Below are positions 49,089-59,916 of a stretch of DNA of 64,000 nucleotides, in pieces. Position 1 is the first letter of the stretch. Each line of letters begins with the position of its first letter. The position numbers were made by a program, and so were the translations under genes. Origin of the DNA: Penicillus capitatus (Eukaryota; Plantae; Chlorophyta); assembly GCA_965649825.1 (NCBI GenBank), contig OZ287709.1, positions 1 to 64,000 on the forward strand, written 5' to 3'. The notes beneath the pieces are model-generated. The model was not told the origin of the DNA. It did no database searches and saw only the letters and a program-made list of their open reading frames with translations.

Positions 49089-50495
49089 TTAACGTGGCCG
49101 CCTGTTGTTGCTGATCTTCGTGGCCGGTCTGGGTCGCGATGTGACCCCGTCTTGATTGGGAACTGTTGTGGGTCGGAAGGAATTAGCTGTTCTTCCCGGG
49201 AACATTCTGATTTCAGGTCCTTCACTGTAGTATCTTCGAGTGTTATTATGGGCTTCATCTCTGAAGGAGATTCCTGGCTGAATCACCTGAATGCTCCCAG
49301 AGTCAGCACCAGGACCGGCAGCGGACAACGGTCTCTGAATGTACTGTGCATTTCTAGCAGACTCTCGACTTCCCGCGAGATGTCGCGTGCTGTGTTGCTG
49401 CGCCATGGAAACCGCGTCCCACGTAGGTGTTCTTGGTGGCGGAGGTATTGTCACGTCTCCTCTTATCCCATAACTTCCGCCACCGTAGCTCTCCATTTCC
49501 ATATCTGTTCTGGATCTGGACGAGTAAGACTTCGGATGCTCGCGCTGAGAGTCATCATCAAATATCGATGTTCTGGTGGTAGTGGACGATCCGCCAGAAA
49601 TCCTCATTGGGAGATGGTCTCTGAAATTGACTTCTGGTTTGGGTATCGGCAGACACCACACGGACCAGCAATTCCTGAAACAGCCTTCGTTGTATGGATT
49701 ATGTTCACGGTCATAACCATAGCGGAAATTCTCATACGTCGTCTGGTTTGTAGAAACCAAATAAATGTGGAAAAAGCTTAGACCACCAACAAAAAGAAAA
49801 AACAATGCAGCATATAGACAGACAGCAATGGCGGCCGGTGCTGCTTCGAAAGCTTCCTTCAGATCCCTATCAGCAGATTCAAGATTGTCATACTCTAGTT
49901 TGATGGCGAGGACAGCAGTAGCACACACATAGATGCACAGGAGTGAGGCTGTAAAAATAAAGGACAGAAAGAAACGATAGTTCCGAAGGCCAATGGTCGT
50001 CCCCACCCATGGACAGTGATGATCAAACTTCTTGATGCAGTTGTCATTCACACTGCAGTGATGCGCCCGTGGTGGCTGATAGAAATGACATGTCTCATTG
50101 TATCGCACTAATACTTGATGTCCATTCACTGTGACTTCACTCGTCTTGGGCTTGCGACCATCAAGAAACTCATCATCTGGCTCTTGGCGTTTCAAAATTC
50201 CCGGATCCATGCAGCCTGTTATGAAGAGAAAAGCCAGCGCGAGGATTCCCAGTAACAACCCGACGAGAGGAAATGCAAAATGCAATTCATCCATCAGAAC
50301 TTCGCCGACCAACAGTGTGTATGCCACCAGGGGAGCCAGAATCAATAGAGAGGTGCCAAAGAGAGACTTCCAATTAGGACCTGCCACTAAACGACCGCCA
50401 CAGAAAAAAACTTCTTTCCCCTGCCACTTTTGGTAAACTCTCAAAGGACCAGCTTCTGGTTGACGTGATGGCATTGCCGGTCCGGTCGGATTCAT
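49089..50495 (-). CDS. DHHC protein S-acyltransferase (intronless)
   Basis: PPRAHHCSVNDNCIKKFDHHCPWVGTTIGLRNYRFF and NQTTYEN motifs. Confidence 0.96.
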   Translation of the reverse strand: MNPTGPAMPSRQPEAGPLRVYQKWQGKEVFFCGGRLVAGPNWKSLFGTSLLILAPLVAYTLLVGEVLMDELHFAFPLVGLLLGILALAFLFITGCMDPGILKRQEPDDEFLDGRKPKTSEVTVNGHQVLVRYNETCHFYQPPRAHHCSVNDNCIKKFDHHCPWVGTTIGLRNYRFFLSFIFTASLLCIYVCATAVLAIKLEYDNLESADRDLKEAFEAAPAAIAVCLYAALFFLFVGGLSFFHIYLVSTNQTTYENFRYGYDREHNPYNEGCFRNCWSVWCLPIPKPEVNFRDHLPMRISGGSSTTTRTSIFDDDSQREHPKSYSSRSRTDMEMESYGGGSYGIRGDVTIPPPPRTPTWDAVSMAQQHSTRHLAGSRESARNAQYIQRPLSAAGPGADSGSIQVIQPGISFRDEAHNNTRRYYSEGPEIRMFPGRTANSFRPTTVPNQDGVTSRPRPATKISNNRRPR

Positions 50496-51020
50496 TCTTA
50501 GTCGTAGAGAATGTCAACAGTGCAAAAACAACGGGCGACAGTAGAAGGAACGCAGGTGGGTCTTCCTGGACGGGGAGGTTCAGACACGTGACGCGTCGGC
50601 TGTGGAAGCGCGGACTGCGGTTGGTCTCTGGATTTGTCCTCTTCGTTCGTCGGAAAACGCGTCGCTGCTCCCCTGTTATTTCCTCTTGGCGTCTGTACGC
50701 CCAAAACAAAAGTCAAGTCTGGGGAATCCGGATCCGTCGGGTGCTTCACGAGAGCAAACTGTGGACGTTCGCGTCGATAAGAAGAAGTCGTTTCTGAGCT
50801 TTGACTGTTCTCCACCGATATGTCGTCGTGAAAATGATTCATCCCAGAAACTTTCACCAAGGCATCAGCAGCTCGATGCCGACGAACGAACAAACAAACA
50901 AATAAACCACCGAATGCATTGCGCGAAGCGTAGTGTAGATGCGAACTCGAGGAGATGCATGACGTGACAGGTCGAGCGCGATCAGTGGTGCAGAAAAGTC
51001 GCGTTGTGACTGGCAATGCA

Positions 51021-51662
51021 TTATCCAAGCGCCATCAAGGCCTCTTCTACACTCGGCACCGAAGCAGGCGCTGCAAGACGCGGTTCTATATTCCGACTAC
51101 AGAAATCTCGGACACTCCAGTTGAATTCTTCGATGACATCAGAAATCGACAGACAATCAGGAATGGAGACGGGCGGGCCCAACAGCAATAGATCTGAGCA
51201 AATTCGATCCACATCAGGAGTGATGGACTGCCGAGAATCTGTTTGACAAGATGTCTCGGCCACTCGCAGACAGGTGAAATTCATGTCGTCAAACAAATCA
51301 TCTAATACAGCATGGATGGCAGACTCAGTCTTCCCTGTTATGCATCGTGCATGCGCGTACTTGTTGTGATAGGTGTGTCAAGGATCGTTTCTAATGCTGA
51401 TGGCTGACAGCGAGCTTTGACATTGTAGCATGCATATTGAGCAGCTTCTGCTGCGGCATGTGTCCCACGAATAGCGCAGTTTGTCACTAAATAGCATCGA
51501 CGCTGTTCGATTCTGTGTCATGAATAAAAGAAACAGCTTACTCGACTCTCCGCCCAAAAGTCGCCGCGTTTCCGCAGAAGCTGCTCGCTCGATGATGGCG
51601 AGAAACGCCGTACATAAAAGAACGACGACGCGTCCGGGTTTCCCTCTTTTTAGCTGAAGCAT
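51021..51662 (-). CDS. Small secreted cysteine-rich protein (3 exons)
   Basis: Signal-like MLQLKRGKPGRVVVLLCTAFLAIIERAASA. The spliced mature region has 8 Cys (TNC, YAC, ARC, FTC, TSC, ICS, PDC, DFC). Confidence 0.6.
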
Positions 51663-51994
51663 CTTGCGCAAAAACGAGATTTCGCAACGAAATATCTTAA
51701 GTTGAAGAGCGGTGCAAAGTGCTTGCAAAGTCCGACTTGTATCCATCGGGAAGTTCTCACTGTGAACGACATTCGGAACGCCTTCCGTTTGCCGAGCGAG
51801 ACAGTACCTCAAAGGGCCATTGTTTGTCGATCTGAAGCGATGTTGTGTCTGAAACGATACCTGTCTCTTAAGTCCGCTAACGAGAACGCATACGGTGTCT
51901 GTTTGACCGATGCCAGCATCGACAGACAGGACTCCGGATTTGGTCAGCGAGAACTTCGTCCAGAAGTCGCGTCCACATCCGACGAAATGTCACA

Positions 51995-53258
51995 TCATGC
52001 GTCAGCAAGCACCAGGAATTGAAGAAGTTGGGAAACTACAGCAACGCTGAGGCTATTCCCAATCAATGCATACTGTCGCCTCCTTTGCATTCCGTTTGGA
52101 AAAGTGAAGGTATCTGGAAAGGAATGCAGAGATGCGATCTCCATTGGCGAGAAGTATCGTATCCTCATCCGCTTCAACAAAGCGTGCAACAGAGGGAGAC
52201 AGACGGATCGCCTCTCATCAACTGTATTGGATATAGATTGTTTCAAGACATCCAGATCTGATGCCGTCCAGAAAGGGGGAGGGTGTTGAAGGATAGCCTT
52301 CAGCGATTCATCTTGGTCGCCGACGGACAGTTCCTTGCCACACAATGTCTGGAGATGACACACGATTGCAACCCACTCTGGATGTCGGGTGGCTAGGAAG
52401 GATCCGGTGCCTTTGAAGTACCGTCCTCCGTAACTCTTTGTGAAGCAATTGATCCGTGTAGTCTCTCCGGATGCAATGTTGAGGACATCGGCACACTGCT
52501 CGAGGAACTTTTCAGGAACATCAAGGCTTTCATCTTCCTGCAATTCTCGGCCCATAAATCCTCTCAGCGTCAATCCCGTGCCCTGAAAAGGGATATCTTT
52601 GACAGAACTGTGAAACGGGTCAGTGTATGGTCATGCCTCTTGGCCGCCCAAAGGCAGATGATGGTGGACAACACCCGATGAAAGGGCAAAAGGTCTCTTT
52701 CGTGCTAAACAGAAATACCTCGGCCTCGAGTAAGGGATTCCCAGTTGATCTGGACTGAGCACAAACTCCAAGATGCCTAAAAGCTGGCACGACTGGAAGG
52801 CAAGCAGCATCTGTCTTCTCGTTTTGGATCGCTCAAAACCAACGACGTTCTCCAATAGAACGTAATCGGGCGTGTGTTCCACAGACATGGTCTGCATTTT
52901 GCATAGCAGGCTCAGTAAACTTTTCGTCCGTGGGTCTTCTGTATCTCGTTGCAATCCTTGACGCGTAAACGGCTGACATGGAGGTGACAACAACCACACT
53001 GATGCATTCAGCGCTTCCAAGAAAGGAACAGACAGAGTCCCGATGTCGACCTGCATCCACGGTCAGTATATCGACAAGCAGCACGCCCAAGACCTTGACC
53101 TTGGTCGGTGACAGTCCAGTGTTGCTTTCATAGACTTGATTACCGTCTCTGTCGACGTCAAATGCAGCGATGACTGTCGCCTGTGGGAAGGCATCACGAA
53201 GCGCAAAGTGCAATCCACCGATGCCGCAATAGAATTCGGCGACGCGAAGATTCGACAT
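51995..53258 (-). CDS. DNMT2: DNMT2/TRDMT1 tRNA (cytosine-5) methyltransferase
   Basis: EFYCGIGG, SPPCQPFTRQG, LENVVGF, PYSRPRYF, CFTKSYG, RYFSPMEI and GNSLSV motifs. Confidence 0.95.
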
Positions 53259-53381
53259 GGAGACGAACCAAAATGTCGAGTGTTCTCAGAAAGAGCAGTC
53301 CGTTAACGAATGCGTCTGTCCATCAAATCGCGTACATGTCCCTCCAACTGACGAAACAAGGCAGGTAGTGCGTTAACGATG

Positions 53382-55442
53382 TCAGGGTGCGGGTTTGACA
53401 GGGGAAATGTCTCCGACATCGCCAACCGATTCCAACTCGACGATCTGCGCAACAGAGACATTATGTGCCGTCTTCTGTGAATACTAGAAGGTTTGACTTG
53501 ATGAATACGTTGTCTGCAGACAGGACAGGAGTGAGGGGGACGCACGAGCAGTTTGTTTGCACATGGTCGACAATAGAGGCCGTGTCCACAATTCATGAAC
53601 ACACATCTTCCACCCGATTCAAAGCAAACAGTGCAGCCATCATCATGGATGACCACATCTGTACACTCTTCCTGCTCTTCTTCTTCCTCTGAAGATGCAT
53701 CTGTCTCTTTTTTCTGTGATGGACACGGGGCGGTCATCTCTTCAGAGCCATCATTTGACAGCGTCGATAGGAAACGGATGTATTCATCTGTGGTCACAGT
53801 GTATTCGAATGTGGCTATCTCTGCTTTTGAGTAATGGTTTGACCGTCGAGGGAGGGAGGCGCCGCTTCATTATGCTGAACTGTTTCGTTCTGGTTCCAGG
53901 AATCCGGCGGCTTAAAGAGTGAGTAGCCGATCCTCGTAAGGCTTTCAGGCATGTGCCTTCCTCTTGTTATCGTAGCAGCCAAAAAATCAATCTGTTCATC
54001 TGCAAAGCAAAGATATTGCGCTCTTCACGGCAACGGCAGTTCTTTGAGAAGGCAGTGCCTGTGAGATTGTCTGTGTGAGCATGCGCATTGAAGGATGCAT
54101 ATTCTGCAGTAATGTCATTCGCAACAGCGCGTGCATTCACTGATGTGTGCTGCCTTTGTTCCCTGTCGAGCAGTGACAGAGATGTAATGGCTCCACTCGT
54201 CCACATGATCGCCCAGGCAAGAATGATAGGAGCAAAAATGAAACTGAGATGCATCTCTGCGCCATCCAATTTCCATGACAACGACAAGAATCCGAAGAAA
54301 TGGATGAAGGCGCCTAGCGCCAAAAAGAAGAAGCCGAGAGGAATCTGGTATTGCAGTGGACGGTGCCACACCCTTTCTCTGACAAAAACACCCGTCATCT
54401 GCGAAACCGGGAATCTATTGTCCGTCATCTCAGCTCTGCGACATCGTCTTACGATGAGAAGGCTGATCGCCAGGGATCCAAAGCTCAGCCAAGGGAGAAT
54501 AAACACTAGCTTCCAGGAATACGGAAGCTGACCATCCAGTTTCAGAGCCACCATTGTGAGAAACATCAGCATCAAATCTCGGTAAGCGATTCCCAAGTAC
54601 CCTGTCTTTTTCTTGATGTGTGCCAGGATGGCGATGCAAAGCCAACCCGCCCTTAACGCAGGCTAATGATCGGCCGGTTGTCCTTTGCATTTGGAGAATC
54701 TTACCAAAGGGGCACCATCAGTTTCTTGGCCGATGAGTTTGCGACCGAAATGCTGTCATGCCCTTCGAGTCTGTTCACGAGCATCATCTGGATCACAGGG
54801 ATTTTCAACAAAGAGTAGCAGTTCGTCGACAAAGGGCCACCGTTGCCATGAGTGTGGCGCAGTCTTGGATGAGTTGGATCAAGATATCGGCAATGACATT
54901 TCGGACTTGGTGCTTTCGTGCGAGTTCGTATGCCGCGCGATCGCCAGCCGGGGCCGTCTCTGCAGGAGGATGGCCAATCCGCCGAACGACCCACCTTTCC
55001 TAGCATCCCATGTCCCCTCTTCAAACCGAGTGCATTTGCCATCGACTGACATAGTTCATCAACTGCATGAGAAGAAAAGGAATGTCCGTCCAGTAATACA
55101 GCCACGTCGGGGAGAAGACCGTCCACCAGGAGTATCTGCAGTCACTCCTGACCTGCCAAACAAGGCGTTGTCTCTCAAAGTGCTTGACAGATATCAATCG
55201 GATCACACTTGCATCCATAGATTAACGACGGTGCATAGATTGGTGATCCATGAAATGCTGATGGTGAAAAAGAAGACGAATGGATCCAAATTCAATTGAG
55301 ATTCCAATACTCTCAAGAATCGTTCGCCGAACGACGACGATGCATTCATGGACGCCACCGACGCCTCTCTGTCATCCCTCACCTCTTGACTTCTAGGCAA
55401 ATGTTCCGAAATCGCAGACGTCATCCGCACCACAATGGCCAT
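53382..55442 (-). CDS. Multi-pass membrane protein (TMEM185-like repeats) with C-terminal RING finger
   Basis: Hydrophobic repeats LKLDGQLPYSWKLVFILPW, WKLDG and YSWWTVFSP, plus RING CTVCFE...CGHGLYCRPC...CPVC. Confidence 0.75.
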
Positions 55443-55453
55443 TAGACAAAGCA

Positions 55454-56767
55454 ATGACGGCGATGATGATGCAGTGCCTCCGCAACCAGATCGTCGCAAA
55501 GAAACACACGTGTCGCCTTCTTCCGTTATCCACAGAAAAACGACGAATCGTTGGTGTTGGCTGTCAGTCGCGATCACACAGCACATCCTTCTCTGTCATC
55601 GCACGACGCCACAAGAGAGATGTTCCTGTTGTAAGTTCCCTTGGGCGTCCTGTTTGCTGCCGAGCTGAAGATGGCACGGATCGGATGCAGAGGGATGCCA
55701 GTGATATGACCCTGTGGGATCAACTCTGCGTCTTCAGTGATCGTATTTCCATGAACTTCGCATGGATCGTTCTTTGTACCTGCTCCTTCTCTCTCTTTGT
55801 ACCTGCTCCCTTCCTTTGGTTCACATCCGAGTGTGTATCGGTTGCTCTGGCCATTTCCATGTTGGCCATGGGATGCACTCTAAAACTGAAAGATTTCGCG
55901 ATTCTCGCTCAGCATCCCTTTCGAATCATCGCCGGTGTTCTGCTGCAGTATACAATCATGCCGCTGACAGGCTTTGGCATTTCACGATTGGCTCGTCTCC
56001 CATCATCTCTCGCCGCCGGCATTGTCTTAGTTTCTTGCTGTCCCGGTGGTGTGGCATCGAACATTGTGACCTACCTTGCTGGTGGTGATGTCGCCTTGTC
56101 TGTCGCCATGACATCTGTCAGCACTCTTCTGGCCATTTTTCTGACACCCGTACTCACGGCCATGCTCATTGGTACTCTGGTACCAGTGGACGCTTGGGCA
56201 CTCTTCTCCTCGACCGTCCAGGTTCATTTCACCGCTTCCAAAAAACAGGAGACAGCTTGTCAAGAGTCTAGGTCATTCTGTTGCCATTGGTTATGGGTTT
56301 GACGATGAAGTCATTCTTCCCGAAGACGATCAAGCAACTTCAGAAGATCGCACCGCTTGTCGCTGTCATCGCTGTGTCCTGCATCAACTGCAGCATCACA
56401 GCGAAGAACGCCGCTGACATCCTGCACTCTGGGATGTTCATTCTTGCATCTGTTGCTGTTCTGCATGTCACTGGATTTGCCTTGGGCTATTTTCTAGCTA
56501 CTGCACTGAAGTTCCCTCTCGAAAGCCGAATCACCATTTCCATCGAAGTCTGTCCCTTGTCAGCATCGAAGCGACAGCATCTCAGAGATGGTTGTGGTAT
56601 AGGTCGGCATGCAGAATTCTGGTTTGGGTGCTGTGTTGGCTATGAAGCATCTTGGTGATCCCTTGAGCAGCTGTGCCTGTGTGGTGTCTGCCTGTTTTCA
56701 CTCTGTTGCTGGAGGCATTCTGGCTTCTCTAGTTCGATGGCGCCGCCGTAATAAAACTTCACATTAA
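55454..56767 (+). CDS. BASS: Bile acid:sodium symporter family transporter (BASS2-like, probably plastid)
   Basis: MLAMGCTL, LQYTIMP, CCPGGVASNIVTYLA, SIE-GMQNSGLG motifs. Confidence 0.92.
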
Positions 56768-57064
56768 ACAGGAAGATGCTCGCATTTAGTTATACAATCA
56801 TCATCCAAAAAGGAATTTCACTGGAATTATACGATGTTATTGTGTCTACAACAAGCTCTTCCTGTGTAGGAATCAAGCAAAGCTCTATGCAACAAGCCAA
56901 CCTTGGTGGTGAGACTTTAACAATGCACGCTGACGATTGTCATGCATTTTGATCACGAATCATTATCCTATTGGAAAACATTCATGATCCTCGCGCACGG
57001 CGTTTGCCACAACAACTAAAGCACACCACACATGCATTCATGCATCCTGTCGACGTCAGAGATA

Positions 57065-58123
57065 TCAGCCGTGCCTTAGTATAAGCATGATGAATATGTC
57101 TTGACATGTTCTTCGTTCCTTCTTTGCACCAGTTTGTATCAATGCATCGATGTCCTTGTCACTTTGTCGTCCTTTTGCTGCATCTCTCTCTTCCTCCCTA
57201 GCCAGCAGTTCGCTGTTGAGCTTGTCTGTGTTGGGTGGTAAATCTTCTGTGAACCACGGGTCATCCCAGATTTCCTTCATAGTAATGCGATTCTTTGGAT
57301 TTGGCTGAAGCAGTTTATTCAAGAACGCAACACAGCCGTCGGAAAGTGTCCGCGTTTGAGGCAATTCGATATTCTTTGGCTCCGAGTTCAGCCACGTGCC
57401 TATTGTTTTATAGAAATCCTGACCAGGCCTTTGAGAGGCATCAGCAGATGGCCCAGGTGGCCATCGAGTTAGACCGAACAGCATTTGAAAAAGGCAGACA
57501 CCACAGGAGTACACTTCAGAGCACTTTGCCTGTTCCACATTTCGAACCTGACCAAGATACTGTTCTGGAGCGACATACCCAAAAGTGCCTTCCATTCTCG
57601 AAATCAGTCCTGACTCTTCAAATCGAGATAGTCCAAAATCGCAGAGTAATAGAAATGGTGGCCTTCCTTCGGCCAACGGCTGCAGGAGTATGTTTTCAGG
57701 CTTAACATCGCGATTGGTAATGCCTCTGGCATGTGCGTAATCGACGGCTAAAATAAGCTGCTGAAAGAACCAGCGAGCCAGTTTCTCTTCAAGCTTTTCT
57801 TTCGTACACAATATATCAAACAAGGCTCCCCCAGATGCATAGTTCAGCACCAAGCACAGATGTGTGTCACTCAACAGCACATCTCGAAACCCAATAATAT
57901 GTGGATGGTCCAGCAAACGCAGGTTACGGATTTCGCGCTTGACCCGCTTTTGCTTTCTTTCCTCCGACAGATACGTTCGTGAGTAGCACTTGATTGCGAC
58001 AAGGTCCGGGGGGTCGCTTTCTGATGTCCGTGCTCTCAGGTCTTCAGCCAGGACAACAAATGCTTGACCTCCCTCACCAAGACGCCGCACAAGGCGGAAA
58101 CCTGTCGGCAGCTTGATATCCAT
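57065..58123 (-). CDS. SnRK2-like Ser/Thr kinase, paralog A (intronless)
   Basis: LGEGGQAFV, VAIK, REIRNLRLLDHPHII, NRDVKPEN, CDFG and YVAPE motifs. Confidence 0.92.
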   Translation of the reverse strand: MDIKLPTGFRLVRRLGEGGQAFVVLAEDLRARTSESDPPDLVAIKCYSRTYLSEERKQKRVKREIRNLRLLDHPHIIGFRDVLLSDTHLCLVLNYASGGALFDILCTKEKLEEKLARWFFQQLILAVDYAHARGITNRDVKPENILLQPLAEGRPPFLLLCDFGLSRFEESGLISRMEGTFGYVAPEQYLGQVRNVEQAKCSEVYSCGVCLFQMLFGLTRWPPGPSADASQRPGQDFYKTIGTWLNSEPKNIELPQTRTLSDGCVAFLNKLLQPNPKNRITMKEIWDDPWFTEDLPPNTDKLNSELLAREEERDAAKGRQSDKDIDALIQTGAKKERRTCQDIFIMLILRHG

Positions 58124-58293
58124 TCCGCGTCGACGCGTCGATGAAAGTCACGACGAAAAGAGTGAAAGCGATGAAGGTCTCCCTATCTTGCGAAAGCGAG
58201 CAAACAAACAAATGATTTCGTCCAGATAGAGAACGTGATTTCGGCCTCGGCTATTGTTACAGCGTTCGTATTAATTGGAGAAACAAATGAGGC

Positions 58294-59881
58294 ATGAAGC
58301 TCGAAGTCCATCGGCCGGTTACAGCGAAGTTTCGCCGCGTCCCTTGTCGGATTCCTCGTCGATGTCAACAGCGTGTCCGATGCGACCTCTGTGTTGGTAT
58401 TGACCTTGGCACAACGAACTCGGCTGTCAGTGTTCTGGAAGAGGGCACGCCAGTCATTGTGCCCAATGATCAAGGGCAATTAACAACGCCCTCGGTCGTG
58501 ACATTCCTCGAGGAGGGTGAAATCCAGGTTGGACAAAAGGCGCGTCAATTGACAAGGCGTTATTCGACGTCGACTTTTTCCTCGATCAAGCGGATTCTAG
58601 GACAAGAGTATGTATGCCTAGTCGAGACATGCCAGCAATGATCGGTGTCTTATTCAATAGGTATGATGAATTGGATGAGAATACAACGAAAACGATGCCT
58701 TACAGTTTCGTCGAAGGAGATGTTGGAGAGACTTGGCTAAAGTGTCCTTACAGTCCTGAGGGACTGATTCGTCCAGAAGATATCACTTCTGAGATCGTTC
58801 GCTATCTCCTCCAGTCTGTCAAGGATGCGTACAAGGTAGAAGAGATATCGAAATGTGTCATCTCGGTGCCGGCTTATTTCAACGAGAGACAGAGAGAAGC
58901 CACCGTTGCAGCAGTTGAGGCTCTGCTCTCGATGTCAAGAATGCTCTGCAATGAGAGGTCTCTTGGGATTAGGTCTGTCGGCTGGTTTGGAGAAAGTACG
59001 GCTGATTCATGAACCTGTGGCGTCTGCCTTGGCCTATGGACTGGATCTGCAGATCGATCAAACGATCTGTGTCTTTGACCTCGGAGGCGGGACACTGGAC
59101 ATCTGCATCTTGGAACTCGGCAAAGGTGTGACCGAAGTGCTGGCAACAGGTTAAACGCTAAAGGTCGTCACGCGATGGATACTATATTCAGTGCGTAGGA
59201 GGTAATAGTAAACTCGGGGGAGACGATATTGATAATGCTATCGTCCAGTGGCTTCTGAAAGAACACCTTTCCCACCTTCCTTCTCTACGCAAGACGCCAC
59301 TATTTATGGCCAAATTGAAGAAACTGGCCGAGACAGCGAAGATCAAGTTGTCGACTGGAACAAACGTGTTGTTGAGGTGCGTGTGGTTTGATGACATGGC
59401 CAGTCGGTGGACAACAGGTGTGTTGGATTGCAGAATACCTGTGAGGAGCGACATCGTCGAAGTCTCTCTGAGACGGGAACAGCTGGAAAAACTCTGCAGG
59501 CCGTATTTTCTTGAAATGCGAGCGGCACTCGATCGATGTTGCTGGCAAGCAGGAGTAGATCTGAGTGATCTGCTCGATGACACTCAATCAAAGCTGGGCC
59601 AACCACTAGAAATCCACGAGAAGCAACAACGTAAACCTGTTTCCGAGATTCTGTTGGTCGGAGCAGCAACAAACATGCCAGCCATCGGTCGGTTTCTGGA
59701 GAACATGACGCGGTTGAAGGTGCGGACATCTGATATCCACCCAGAACACTGTGTGGCGATGGGAGCCGCCATCGAAGCTGCTCGACTGAGTGGCGAACTC
59801 TCCGAAGATTTTATGATGATGGATGTATGGCAAGCAGCACTGATGCGAGCTATGGCAAATGAACAGATTCCGGAACAATGA
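58294..59881 (+). CDS. Hsp70/DnaK-like protein consisting of the nucleotide-binding domain only
   Basis: [61 protein letters not shown] and CVAMGAAI motifs. The stop follows soon after. One intron junction is non-canonical as sequenced. Confidence 0.85.
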
Positions 59882-59916
59882 CTGTTGGTTGACGACTGCT
59901 GTTTCAGGTCAATGTC

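Noticed and set aside
49053-49781. 242-aa plus-strand ORF and similar long overlapping ORFs (e.g. 53488-range and 54685..55299)
   Set aside because: These are antisense shadows of well-supported genes and have no motifs.
52583-52636. Possible GC-AG intron in DNMT2
   Set aside because: In-phase GT donors 33-36 nt upstream explain the junction equally well.
58127-58141. Overlapping CG-rich palindromes (CGCGTCGACGCG) upstream of kinase A
   Set aside because: They are 12-bp palindromes, which are common by chance in CpG-rich DNA.
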